From Candidatus Latescibacterota bacterium (GTDB lineage: Bacteria > Latescibacterota > UBA2968 > GCA-2709665), in the NCBI GenBank assembly GCA_965237675.1, contig OZ250150.1:3680001-3744000 (forward strand): a stretch of DNA of 64,000 nt. Reading direction: 5' to 3'. The notes under the pieces are model-generated. The model made no database searches, was not told the origin of the DNA, and was given only the letters and a program-made list of their open reading frames with translations. Below, in pieces: positions 47,110-56,560 of the stretch. Every line of letters starts with the position of its first letter. Positions within the stretch are counted from its first letter, which is position 1. The translations under genes were made by a program, and so were the position numbers.

Positions 47110-49122
47110 ATGCGTGAGCCACGTTTGATCTCCACGAGGGGTTTGGCACGTCCGGGGAGAAACCCCGCACATCAGGCCGTGGAGGATCGCGGAACGACGG
47201 TACGGGCGCTGATTTTCGGGTTGTGTCTGTCCCTTGCCATTAGTGTTCTGGGCAACGTGGTACGGTATATTCTCCATTCCTCGTTTATGGCCTACAGTCA
47301 CATGCCGATGGGGAATCTGATTGTCTGGCTGTTGTCCATCCTGGTCTGTGCGGTGCTGGCGAAATGTTTCGGCCGTACGTTCGTGTTCTCGTCCAGCGAA
47401 TGGATTACGGTTTTTGCAATGGGTTTCATAGCGTCCCTCGGGCCGACCTACGGCGTGAGCGGCTACCTCGTGGGTGTCATTGTGACACCCTATTATTTCG
47501 CCACTCCCGAGAACCGGTGGGCCGAGTTTCTGCATCCGTATCTCCCGGAGTGGATGATTCCGACCAACAAGGATGGGGCGATGACCTGGTTTTACGACGG
47601 GCTGCCCCAGGGGGCCGCGATTCCGTGGGAGGCGTGGACGATGCCCCTGTTCTGGTGGTTTACGTTTGTCTGTGCGGTGGCGTTGGCATGCCTGTGCGCG
47701 TCCGTGATTATCCACAGGCAGTGGTCGGAGAACGAGAAGATTGTGTTTCCCGCAATGGAACCGATCGTGGAGATGGCTGGCAACGCCGGGTCGGGCAGAC
47801 GGTGGCTCCCCGAGTTCATGGCCGGGAAGGCCTTCTGGACTGGATTCGTGATCGTATTCTTTATTTTCAGTTGGAACATCATCGGATGGTTCAAGCCGGG
47901 GTTTCCCGTTTTTCCCACAGCGAGGGGAACCTGGATTCCGCTGGGACAGGCGTTTCCGCCCCAGTGGATTTTTGTGAGTACGGTTGTCATCTGCTTTTCC
48001 TATTTTGCAAGCCTCGAGGTGTTGTTCAGTCTCTGGTTCTTCGACATGGTGTTTATTTTTGAGGGTGGATTCTTGAACCGGCTGGGGGTGGAGGCGATTT
48101 CGCCCCACTATATGACCGGCCGGTACGCCTGGCAGACGGCGGGGGCCTTTGTCGGAATTGCCTTCTGGTGGCTGCTGGTTTCCCGGACACATCTTCGCCA
48201 GGCATTCCATAAGGCGCTCCGGCCGGAACGTGTCCCGATGGACGACCGGCGGGAACTGATATCCTATCGTGCGGCATTTATCTGGCTGGGCATTTCAACG
48301 GTCTATGTCATTGCCTGGTTGTGGCAGGCGGGAATGGACTTCAGGGTGATTTGCCTGTTGATTCCCACGATGTTTCTGATCTATTTCGGGGTGGCGAAGA
48401 TACTGGCTGAGACGGGTCATATTTATATAGGATCGGCAACCCGGGCCTGGGAACTGGCTGCGGCGGTCCTGGGCGGCGCCAGCGCTGTCCCGGCGCCCAC
48501 CCACGCGATCATGTACCCGGCGTCGGTATCGCTCAACCACTTTCGCGCATACACGTTTTCGTTGGGAATGCACCTGAACCGGCTCGGAGATTTTCTTGTC
48601 GCGGGCCATCGATGGTTCTTCGGCGGCGTTTTCGCCGCGTTTATCGTGGGCGTCGTGGGCTCGACCCTTTTTACGATCTGGTTGGGATACACCATCGGCG
48701 GGTACAACTTCCAGCCCAACTGGCTGATTATCCGCGCCGGTATCGGCGGGTACCAGCGAGGGGTGAACGATATTCTGTCACCGGAACCGACGGAGGTGGA
48801 GGATTACTGGTTCTTTTTGGCCGGCTTTATTGTCATGATGGCGTTGAATCTGTTGCGGTACCGTCTCAGCTGGTGGCCTTTTCATCCGGTGGGATTCGCA
48901 ATCTCCGGCGCCTGGCTGACACGGCTGACGAGTTTTACGCTGTTCCTGGCCTGGCTGGTGAAGTTCATCCTGCTGAAGTTGGTGGGTGCTGCGTTCTATC
49001 GGAAATCGCGTCCGTTCTTCATAGGAGCGCTTACGGCATATATTCTGGTTACGACGCTGGGGTTGATCGTGGACGCCGCATTCTTCGAAAAGCAGGGACA
49101 CACACTCCACAAATGGTATTAG
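47110..49122 (+). CDS. Polytopic membrane protein, DUF6785/DUF6784-like putative transporter (copy 1)
   Basis: About 16 TM; PYYFATPENRW, IPWEAW..PL..W, RQWSENEK..FP, WWPFHPVG. Confidence 0.8.
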   Translation: MREPRLISTRGLARPGRNPAHQAVEDRGTTVRALIFGLCLSLAISVLGNVVRYILHSSFMAYSHMPMGNLIVWLLSILVCAVLAKCFGRTFVFSSSEWITVFAMGFIASLGPTYGVSGYLVGVIVTPYYFATPENRWAEFLHPYLPEWMIPTNKDGAMTWFYDGLPQGAAIPWEAWTMPLFWWFTFVCAVALACLCASVIIHRQWSENEKIVFPAMEPIVEMAGNAGSGRRWLPEFMAGKAFWTGFVIVFFIFSWNIIGWFKPGFPVFPTARGTWIPLGQAFPPQWIFVSTVVICFSYFASLEVLFSLWFFDMVFIFEGGFLNRLGVEAISPHYMTGRYAWQTAGAFVGIAFWWLLVSRTHLRQAFHKALRPERVPMDDRRELISYRAAFIWLGISTVYVIAWLWQAGMDFRVICLLIPTMFLIYFGVAKILAETGHIYIGSATRAWELAAAVLGGASAVPAPTHAIMYPASVSLNHFRAYTFSLGMHLNRLGDFLVAGHRWFFGGVFAAFIVGVVGSTLFTIWLGYTIGGYNFQPNWLIIRAGIGGYQRGVNDILSPEPTEVEDYWFFLAGFIVMMALNLLRYRLSWWPFHPVGFAISGAWLTRLTSFTLFLAWLVKFILLKLVGAAFYRKSRPFFIGALTAYILVTTLGLIVDAAFFEKQGHTLHKWY

Positions 49123-49191
49123 AGACTGTATTGCATTGCCAGGCTGCGCGGATGCGCCGCATTTCCTCTGGCGTTGATACGGGGCTGTCCA

Positions 49192-51195
49192 ATGGCTGAA
49201 CGCGGCGCGGCCGTTCGGCAGGCCGCACAACGAAATCTCGAAACGTCCATGGCGACCGAGGACCGGGGCGTAACGCTGCGGTCGGTCATCTTCGGCCTTT
49301 GCCTGGCCGTGGCCGTCAGTCTCCTGGCCAACACCGTGCTCTATCTGGTTCATGGCTCGCTGATGGCGTACAGCCATATGCCCATGGGCAATCTGATATT
49401 GACCATGCTGTCAATGGTCGCCTGTTCTGTGCTGGCCATTCGATTTGGAAGGCCTTTTGTGTTTTCCCGATCGGAGTGGTTGACCGTTTTTGCAATGGGG
49501 TTCGTGAGTTCGCTCGGACCTACGTATGGCGTGAGCGGATACCTTGTGGGTGTGATCGTGTCCCCATATTACTTCGCCACGCCTGAGAATCGCTGGTCAG
49601 AGTTTCTGCATCCGTATCTGCCGGAGTTTATCTTTCCTCAGAACAGAATGGGGGAGATGAGCTGGTTTTATAACGGATTGCCACCCGACTCGGCCGTGCC
49701 CTGGGAAACCTGGGTGGGGCCACTGTTCTGGTGGTTTACATTTATTGCGGCAGTGGCATTTGCCTGTTTCTGTGCGTCCATTATCATCCACCGCCAGTGG
49801 TCGGAATATGAAAAGCTGGTTTTTCCGGCCATGGAACCGATCGTGGAAATGGCGTCATCCGCCGGTTCGGGGAAACGGTTGCTACCGGATCTGATGCATG
49901 GTCGGATGTTCTGGGCCGGGTTTTCGGTCAGCGCCTTCATTTATTGTTGGAACATGATCGGCTGGTTTTTCCCGGCCTTTCCGAGTTTTCGCATGACGCC
50001 GGGTTGGTACCTGCCGCTGGCACGGGACTTTCCCGCACTGTGGATTTCGTTCAATACATTCGCGGTGTGTTTTGCCTATTTTGCCAGTCTGGAAGTCCTG
50101 TTCAGTCTCTGGTTCTTTGATCTTTTCTTCGTGATCGAGTCGGGAATCCTGACCCGGCTGGGAATGCCATCGTGGCACTCATACCGGTCTGCCGGACCCT
50201 ATACGTGGCAGACGGCAGGCGCATTCGTCTGTCTGGCTGTTTTCTGGGTCTTGATTTCGAGACGTCATCTTCGGGATGCGTTCCTGAAAGCGTTACGACC
50301 GTGCAGCACGCATATCGACGATAGCCGCGAGCTCATTTCCTACCGTGCGGCGTTCCTCGGCCTGGGTGTCGCGTGTGGTTATGCTGTCGCCTGGCTCTGG
50401 AATGCCGGGATGGACGTGGGTGTGATTATACTTACGGTGCCGACCATGTTTCTGGTTTACCTGGCGATGGGGAAGATTCTGGCGGACTCGGGTCTGGTTT
50501 TTCTGAGTTCACCGACATCAGCTCGAAGCCTAGTACAGGCTGCTTTTGGGGGTCCCAGGGGGATACCGGCGGCAACCCACGCCCTGTTCTATCCCACGGC
50601 CGTGGCATTGAGTCACTTTAAAGGGACGATATTCACATTCGGCATGCATGCCAACAGGCTCGGAGAATTCGTGGCGGGCAACAGAAGACGGTTGTTCTGG
50701 TCCGTGTGTGCCGCGTTTCTCGTGGGACTCGTGGCGTCCACCTTATTCGTTGTCTGGCTGGGGTACAGGGTGGGTGGATACAATTTCGAGCCGAACTGGC
50801 TCGTGACGCGGGCCGGGCACAGGGGTTTTCAGGGGGCGGTAAGCGACATCATCTCGCCCAAACCGATGCAGTCTAGCGAATATCTGTTCTTCATTGTCGG
50901 CGTGTTGGCCATGGGGGGAATCACCTTTATGCGCTACCGGTTTGCGTGGTGGCCCTTTCATCCCATAGGTTTCGCGCTCTCCGGTTCCGCCCTTTCACAT
51001 TTGACCGGGTTTACGATATTTCTGGCCTGGAGCATGAAGGCGATTCTGTTGAGATTTTTCGGAGCTGCTTTCTACAGGCGCTCGCGTCCTTTTTTTGTCG
51101 GGCTTCTCATCGGGTACGTGTTTTCGATCGCGCTTGGGCTGGTGTTGGATGCCGTCTGGTTTGTGCCGCAGGGCCACCGGGTCCATACCTATTAG
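49192..51195 (+). CDS. Polytopic membrane protein, DUF6785/DUF6784-like putative transporter (copy 2)
   Basis: Full-length paralog of the previous gene (shared MAYSHMPMGNLI, SLGPTYGVSGYLVGVIV, YFASLEVLFSLWFFD). Confidence 0.8.
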   Translation: MAERGAAVRQAAQRNLETSMATEDRGVTLRSVIFGLCLAVAVSLLANTVLYLVHGSLMAYSHMPMGNLILTMLSMVACSVLAIRFGRPFVFSRSEWLTVFAMGFVSSLGPTYGVSGYLVGVIVSPYYFATPENRWSEFLHPYLPEFIFPQNRMGEMSWFYNGLPPDSAVPWETWVGPLFWWFTFIAAVAFACFCASIIIHRQWSEYEKLVFPAMEPIVEMASSAGSGKRLLPDLMHGRMFWAGFSVSAFIYCWNMIGWFFPAFPSFRMTPGWYLPLARDFPALWISFNTFAVCFAYFASLEVLFSLWFFDLFFVIESGILTRLGMPSWHSYRSAGPYTWQTAGAFVCLAVFWVLISRRHLRDAFLKALRPCSTHIDDSRELISYRAAFLGLGVACGYAVAWLWNAGMDVGVIILTVPTMFLVYLAMGKILADSGLVFLSSPTSARSLVQAAFGGPRGIPAATHALFYPTAVALSHFKGTIFTFGMHANRLGEFVAGNRRRLFWSVCAAFLVGLVASTLFVVWLGYRVGGYNFEPNWLVTRAGHRGFQGAVSDIISPKPMQSSEYLFFIVGVLAMGGITFMRYRFAWWPFHPIGFALSGSALSHLTGFTIFLAWSMKAILLRFFGAAFYRRSRPFFVGLLIGYVFSIALGLVLDAVWFVPQGHRVHTY

Positions 51196-51337
51196 GCCAG
51201 GCAGGCGCGGTGAACAGAGGACACTACGGCAGTGTATGGATTCTTGGATTATTGAGGTGCGTGGCCGTATCGCGAATGACTCGGGGATAACGCGCATTTT
51301 CCACAACAGCCAATCGGCAAAGAAAAGGAGAATTGAA

Positions 51338-52384
51338 ATGCCACACGGCATTCGCAGGGTGGCGGCGATAGACGGCGGTGGACGGATTGTGGTGATTGAC
51401 GAGCCGGTTCCACAGCCCGGGCCCGGTCAGGTTCAGGTTGAGGTCAGGGCCAGTTTTGTGAGTCCCGGTACGGAACTGGGTGGAGTGAAGAGACTCAGGG
51501 AGAACCCGCGAAACGGCCCGCCGCGCCCGTTTGGTTATTCCAACGCAGGCGTGGTCATCGGACAGGGTGAGGGGTGTGAGAGTATTCCTGTCGGTACGCG
51601 GGTGGCATGTATGGGCGGTGGCTATGCGCAACATGCAACCCACGTCTGCGTACCCAGAAACATGGCGGTTCCAATGCCCGATTCCGTGCATTTTGAGGAT
51701 GCGTCGTCCATTCATCTGGTCGCCACGGCGTTGAATGCCGTCCGCCGGGCTGAGTTGACTTTGGGTGAATATGTCGCAGTGGTCGGACTGGGACCGGTGG
51801 GGCAGTTCTCCTGCCAATGGGCCCGGCTTGCCGGCTGCCACACGGTTGCTCTGGACCGGCTGCCGATGCGCCTGGCGGTGGCGAAGAAGACAGGGGTGGA
51901 CAGGATCGTGAACGTAAGCGAGGAGGATCCCGTCGCGGTGTCCACGGAATTTACGCATGGATATGGTACGGATGCCGGCATTCTCGCCTTCGGAGGCGAT
52001 GGCACCGGGGCTTTCAAAATGCTCGTGGCAATGATGAAACGGGCGCCCGATACACACCAGATGGGCCGGATCACGATCGTCGGCGGGGCGAGAATCGAAC
52101 ACGTGTTTGCCGCCGGATTGGGCAACCTGGATGTACGGAGCGCGGCCCGGACGGGCCCCGGATATCACGATGAAGCCTGGGAACACGGACGGGACTATCC
52201 GCCGGTGTTTTTGCAATGGACCACAAGAAGGAACCTGGAGGAATGTCTCGGGTTTATGGCCTCCGGGGGGATGCTGGTCGAACCGTTGATCACCCACCGG
52301 GTTGGGATTGCCGACGCCCCGGAAGCCTGTGAAGACTTGATACAACGACCCAATGAAGCGCTCGGTGTGGTGCTGGTGCCATAG
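51338..52384 (+). CDS. MDR-family (zinc-binding alcohol dehydrogenase-like) oxidoreductase
   Basis: VSPGTE, GYSNAG, VVGLGPVG, GPGY.D..WE, WTTRRN, LITHR. Confidence 0.85.
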   Translation: MPHGIRRVAAIDGGGRIVVIDEPVPQPGPGQVQVEVRASFVSPGTELGGVKRLRENPRNGPPRPFGYSNAGVVIGQGEGCESIPVGTRVACMGGGYAQHATHVCVPRNMAVPMPDSVHFEDASSIHLVATALNAVRRAELTLGEYVAVVGLGPVGQFSCQWARLAGCHTVALDRLPMRLAVAKKTGVDRIVNVSEEDPVAVSTEFTHGYGTDAGILAFGGDGTGAFKMLVAMMKRAPDTHQMGRITIVGGARIEHVFAAGLGNLDVRSAARTGPGYHDEAWEHGRDYPPVFLQWTTRRNLEECLGFMASGGMLVEPLITHRVGIADAPEACEDLIQRPNEALGVVLVP

Positions 52385-52457
52385 AGGCGGTACCGGAAAT
52401 TTGTCACAATTCTTCCCTGTCTGCGTGCGTGAGGCTGCACGCACAGGCAGGCGCCGG

Positions 52458-52720
52458 TTCATCCCGTCTCGTTGCGTTCGTTGCATGCATTGCCTTCGTT
52501 AAGCCTGTCGAAACAAGCTAGTCGAAACGTGGTCATTGAGCTTGTCGAAGCGCCCGCGTTTTGCTACCCTTCGACAGGTCATGGTGCACCGTTCGGTGCC
52601 CTTCGCCGACCCTTCGACAAGCTCGTGGAGCGGCTTAGGGTCCCGGCTAACGATGTTCGTTGCGTTCGTTGCATGCGTCGCATGCGCTGAGCCTGTCGAA
52701 ACAAGCCTACTGGAAATTTC
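52458..52720. repeat. Mosaic cluster of REP-like palindromic units
   Basis: Two direct units of about 60 bp (52470, 52658) enclosing TGAGCTTGTCGAAG and inverted CTTCGACAGG / CCCTTCGACAAGCTC. Confidence 0.75.
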
Positions 52721-52743
52721 AAGCAGCAAAAGGGGAATTACGT

Positions 52744-53826
52744 ATGTCTGATAAACGGTATAGAGGCGGCGCGATTGGCCGGACGGGCCGCGGCGGCTAT
52801 GGCCACGGCCTTCATCTGGGCCTGGCGGCGGCGGGCAACGTGGATCTGGTCGCCGTGGCGGATCCGGATGCGGCGGGGCGCGGGGAAGTCGCGGAGGCTG
52901 TGGGCGCGGAACGGACCTTTGGGGATTTCGGGGAAATGCTCAAAAAGGAAGCGCTTGATATCGTAACCGTGGGTCCCCGCTGGTTGGATTGCCACGAGGA
53001 GATGGTGCTTGCGTGTGTGGAAGCGGGCTGCCACGTGTATTGTGAGAAGCCGATGGCGCACAGCCTGGAATCGGCTGACCGGATGCTGTTGGCGGCAGAA
53101 CGGGCGGGTGTCAAGATCGCGGTGGCGCACCAGGGAGTCTATTTGCCACAGGTCCAGGCCGTGAAGCGTATGCTGGACAGCGGAAGCATCGGCCCGTTGC
53201 TGGCGATTTACGCCACCGGCAAGCAGGATCATCGTGGCGGCGGTGAGGACATGATCGTGTTGGGTACACACCTCTTCAATCTCATGCGATTCTTGGGGGG
53301 CGACGTAGCCTGGATGAGCGCACAAGTCGTGGTGGGAGAGCGAGAATTGCGACCAGGGGATGCCTACGAGGCCACGGAGTCCATTGGCCTGATTGCCGGG
53401 GACTCCATACAGAGTTTTTTTGCGTTTCAAAGCGGCACGGCCGGTTTTTTTGTGTCGAGGGCCAATCAGCCGGGCAACGGACAGGGTTTCGGCGTGGAAC
53501 TGGTGGGACGCGACGGACGGCTTCTACTGCGAGGTGGAGCGCCCACCGTGGTTGTGTCGTATCCGTACAGCGTATTGGCGCCGGAGGACCCGTCTCAGAC
53601 GTGGGAGGTGCTGAACCTGGATGCCGCACCGCTGGCCGACGGCAACCGACTGGCGATTCTGGACTTGATTGAAGCTATCGAGCAAGACCGGCAACCCCTG
53701 TCGAGCGGAGTGGATGCCGTTAAGGCGCTGGAGATGGTTCTGGGGGCCTATGCGTCGCAGATCTCAGGCGGGCGCGTGGCATTTCCTATGGCCGACCGCA
53801 CCCACCCACTTGAGGAATTCGTGTAG
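52744..53826 (+). CDS. Gfo/Idh/MocA oxidoreductase
   Basis: GRTGRGGYGHGL, YCEKPMA, GKQDHRGGGED.IVLGTH. Confidence 0.9.
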   Translation: MSDKRYRGGAIGRTGRGGYGHGLHLGLAAAGNVDLVAVADPDAAGRGEVAEAVGAERTFGDFGEMLKKEALDIVTVGPRWLDCHEEMVLACVEAGCHVYCEKPMAHSLESADRMLLAAERAGVKIAVAHQGVYLPQVQAVKRMLDSGSIGPLLAIYATGKQDHRGGGEDMIVLGTHLFNLMRFLGGDVAWMSAQVVVGERELRPGDAYEATESIGLIAGDSIQSFFAFQSGTAGFFVSRANQPGNGQGFGVELVGRDGRLLLRGGAPTVVVSYPYSVLAPEDPSQTWEVLNLDAAPLADGNRLAILDLIEAIEQDRQPLSSGVDAVKALEMVLGAYASQISGGRVAFPMADRTHPLEEFV

Positions 53827-53884
53827 TCTGAATGCGGCGTTGGCATAGGAGCCTGCGCTTCAGAACCGATTAGAGTACTGAACC

Positions 53885-53931
53885 ACACTATATATTGCGT
53901 TTTAAAGTATATTATTAACTATATATAGTAT
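53885..53931. promoter_or_regulatory. Tandem NrdR-like boxes
   Basis: ACACTATATATTGCGT (53885) and TAACTATATATAGTAT (53916), starts 31 bp apart; consensus acaCwAtATaTwGtgt. Confidence 0.7.
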
Positions 53932-54138
53932 GGTAGGTTTTCTGCGGCGAAGACTCCTGGTTTCCGGATACACGCCGTCAATATCGACTGAACGGATCCG
54001 GAGGTTCATTTACGGATGCTTTGGACATCCCGGGGGTTTGTCTTATATTATCCACGAGTGGAATTCGTAAAACCATATTGCATCGGTTTCCGGCCTGCTC
54101 AATCGGCATCACGGCCCCAGGCGGAAGGATGAATTGAG

Positions 54139-55101
54139 ATGAATGCAAAGATTACCAGAGACATATCAGATCGGCTGCGTCCGTCGACAATGTTGGCCGC
54201 GTGGCCGGGCATGGGCAGTGTGGGTGTCGGGGCGCTGGATTACATTCGTCGAAAACTGGATGCGCTGCCATTTGCGGAAATCGACATGAGTGAATACTTC
54301 GCGCCGGAGGCAGTCGTTGTGGAAAAAGGACTGGCCCGCTCGTTCTCGGACCTGCCCAGCCATGTATTTTACTATGTGGAAGAGCCTCCGTTGATCATTT
54401 CCGAAAGCGAAGCCCAGATTCCAGGGATGGGTGGCACGGTTCTGATGGGACATATGCTGGATCTTGCGCAGCGGTTCAAGGTAGAGACCATCTATACGGG
54501 CGCCGCGTATGCGATGCCGATTAGCCACGACGAACCTGTACAGGTGCTCGGGGCGGCCAACGAGGAAGGCCTGCGCGACGCGCTTGCGCAGTACGGCGTG
54601 GAGATCTTGCAGGAAGGACACATTGCCGGTCTGAATGGGTTGCTTCTTGGATCGGCGGGGCTTCGAAATATCAGGGCGGCTTGCCTGCTGGCGACGATGC
54701 CCATGTACGCGCAGATGATGCCGAACCCCAAGGCATCGCGGGAAATTGTCCGAGTCTGGGGGAGAATGCTGGATCTGGATGTGAATATGTCCGAGATCGA
54801 CCGGGCCGTTGAACGGATGGACAACACCATGTCCCAGATAGAAGAAAAGATTCGCACCACCTTTTCCACAATGGAACACGAAAGCGACGACGAAATTGAA
54901 CTGGAGGAAGTGGACGAGGAGCAGGTGCCTCAGGTGGTTATGGAACGGATCGAGCGGCTGTTTGGAGAGGTGGAACACGAAACAACCAAAGAGAAGGCAT
55001 CCCTCTTGAAAAGGGAACTCGACCGGTGGAATTTATACGGTTTGTACGAAGACAGGTTCCTGGGTCTCTTTCGCAAAGATAGTGGCCCCAATCGTGGTTG
55101 A
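54139..55101 (+). CDS. PAC2 family (proteasome assembly chaperone-like) protein
   Basis: AAWPGMGSVG, IYTGAA, GHIAGLNGLLLG, ACLLATMP, PNPKAS; acidic C-terminal helical extension. Confidence 0.85.
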   Translation: MNAKITRDISDRLRPSTMLAAWPGMGSVGVGALDYIRRKLDALPFAEIDMSEYFAPEAVVVEKGLARSFSDLPSHVFYYVEEPPLIISESEAQIPGMGGTVLMGHMLDLAQRFKVETIYTGAAYAMPISHDEPVQVLGAANEEGLRDALAQYGVEILQEGHIAGLNGLLLGSAGLRNIRAACLLATMPMYAQMMPNPKASREIVRVWGRMLDLDVNMSEIDRAVERMDNTMSQIEEKIRTTFSTMEHESDDEIELEEVDEEQVPQVVMERIERLFGEVEHETTKEKASLLKRELDRWNLYGLYEDRFLGLFRKDSGPNRG

Positions 55102-55287
55102 ACGTCCCATGGCCGGCCGTTCCTCTGTTTTTTCGGGGTTGTAAATGACAGGTATCGACGGATCTCGATTTACGTCGTTGTTCTCCGGAGAACGACCCGC
55201 GCGTGTTTATGGTTCAATCCCCGGCGCCAGATAGTGGGGTCCCACACGTACAGCTTGTCACAAATGGAATAGGATAAGGAGACAAAA

Positions 55288-56364
55288 GTGTTTCCAGAGC
55301 CTGCCGATAGTTCTCTGTTGAAAATTGATCTGTACAGCGATACGGCAACGAAACCCACCCCTGAGATGCGGGAGTTTATGTGTGCGGCGGAAGTCGGCGA
55401 CGAGCAGCGTGGCGAAGACCCGTCTGTGAATGAGCTGCAGGAGATGGTGGCTGACATGCTGGGCAAAGAAGCCGCATTACTGCTGCCATCAGGCACGATG
55501 TGCAATCAGATCGCCTTTGCGGTGCATTGCCGCCCCGGAGATATGGTTCTCCTGGAACGGAATGCCCATCCATTACATTCCGAAGCGGGCGGAGCGGCCG
55601 TCCTGGCGAGCGCGACCCTCTACCCGATTGACGGGGTCAACGGACACTTTACGGCTGAGCAGGTGGCGGATGCCATTCAGCCCGCGACCCGCTACTGGTC
55701 GGGCTTTCGACTGATGGCCGTGGAACAGACCACAAACCGCCCGGGTGGGCGCGTTTGGCCGTTGGAACAGATGCGGGGGGTCTGCGAGGCGGCACACGAA
55801 CGCGGTGTGCAGACGCACATGGACGGTGCCCGTCTGTTCAATGCGGTTGTCGCGTCAGGGATTTCGGCAAAGGACTACGCGGAAACCTTTGATTCACTCT
55901 GGATCGATCTGAGCAAGGGTCTGGGTGCGCCCATTGGCGGCGTATTGGCGGGCGAGTCCGGTTTCATTGAAGCCGCGTGGCAGTGGAAGCAGCGCGTGGG
56001 CGGCGCCATGCGGCAGGCGGGTTTTGTCGCGGCCGCCGGAACTTATGCATTGAGACACAATATAGATCGGCTTGCCGAGGACCATGCCAACGCCAGGCGG
56101 CTGGCGGTCGGCATCTCGGACGCCCCGGGCATTCAGGTGAATCCGGACGAGGTCGAAACCAATATGGTGAAATTCGACGTAGGTGGTACCGGCGTGAGTT
56201 CGAAAGTATTTTCAAGCCGGTTGCTTGCCGAATGGGGTGTCCGGGTGAGCACGCCGGGCCCCACTGCGATTCGCGCCATCCCCTATCTGGGCATCAGCCA
56301 GGCCGACGTTGATGAAGCCACGCGTGCGATCTGTACACTGGCGGCGGAGTTGGCGCAGGTCTGA
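55288..56364 (+). CDS. ltaE: Low-specificity L-threonine aldolase
   Basis: DLYSDT, GEDPSV, PSGTMCN, HMDGARLFNA, SKGLGAPIG, GGAMRQAG. Confidence 0.9.
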   Translation: MFPEPADSSLLKIDLYSDTATKPTPEMREFMCAAEVGDEQRGEDPSVNELQEMVADMLGKEAALLLPSGTMCNQIAFAVHCRPGDMVLLERNAHPLHSEAGGAAVLASATLYPIDGVNGHFTAEQVADAIQPATRYWSGFRLMAVEQTTNRPGGRVWPLEQMRGVCEAAHERGVQTHMDGARLFNAVVASGISAKDYAETFDSLWIDLSKGLGAPIGGVLAGESGFIEAAWQWKQRVGGAMRQAGFVAAAGTYALRHNIDRLAEDHANARRLAVGISDAPGIQVNPDEVETNMVKFDVGGTGVSSKVFSSRLLAEWGVRVSTPGPTAIRAIPYLGISQADVDEATRAICTLAAELAQV

Positions 56365-56457
56365 AACACTGCCGGACAATGATTGAATAGCAGATCACTT
56401 TTTTCGCAAACAGGCCCATAATTCCTTCTCAGGAGCCTCCCCACCAAGAGATGGATC

Positions 56458-56509
56458 CTTCCGTCCGGCGGCATTAACCCCTAACCGCCCGTCACGATAC
56501 GGAAGTGAC
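56458..56509 (+). other. Candidate structured RNA leader
   Basis: CTTCCGT/ACGGAAG stem enclosing a GGCGG/CCGCC hairpin; competing GTCAC/GTGAC stem. Confidence 0.35.
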
Positions 56510-56560
56510 AGACTACCCTTCGCGCAGGACAACCAGAAAGGCCTCGGAGCCTACCGACTG

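Noticed and set aside
46171-48210. 679-aa minus-strand ORF (and similar long antisense ORFs at 8870, 42061, 51224 and 58827)
   Set aside because: Shadow frames of well-supported + strand genes in GC-rich DNA; low-complexity H/R/P-rich translations
52458-52720. Possible CRISPR array
   Set aside because: Units are degenerate, in mixed orientation and irregularly spaced; no cas genes
53840-53858. TTGGCAT...CTGC as a sigma-54 promoter for the orphan activator
   Set aside because: GG-to-GC spacing is 11 nt rather than the required 10
54139-55101. Pup-proteasome system implied by PAC2
   Set aside because: No prcAB, pup, pafA, dop or arc in the window; PAC2-family genes also occur without proteasomes
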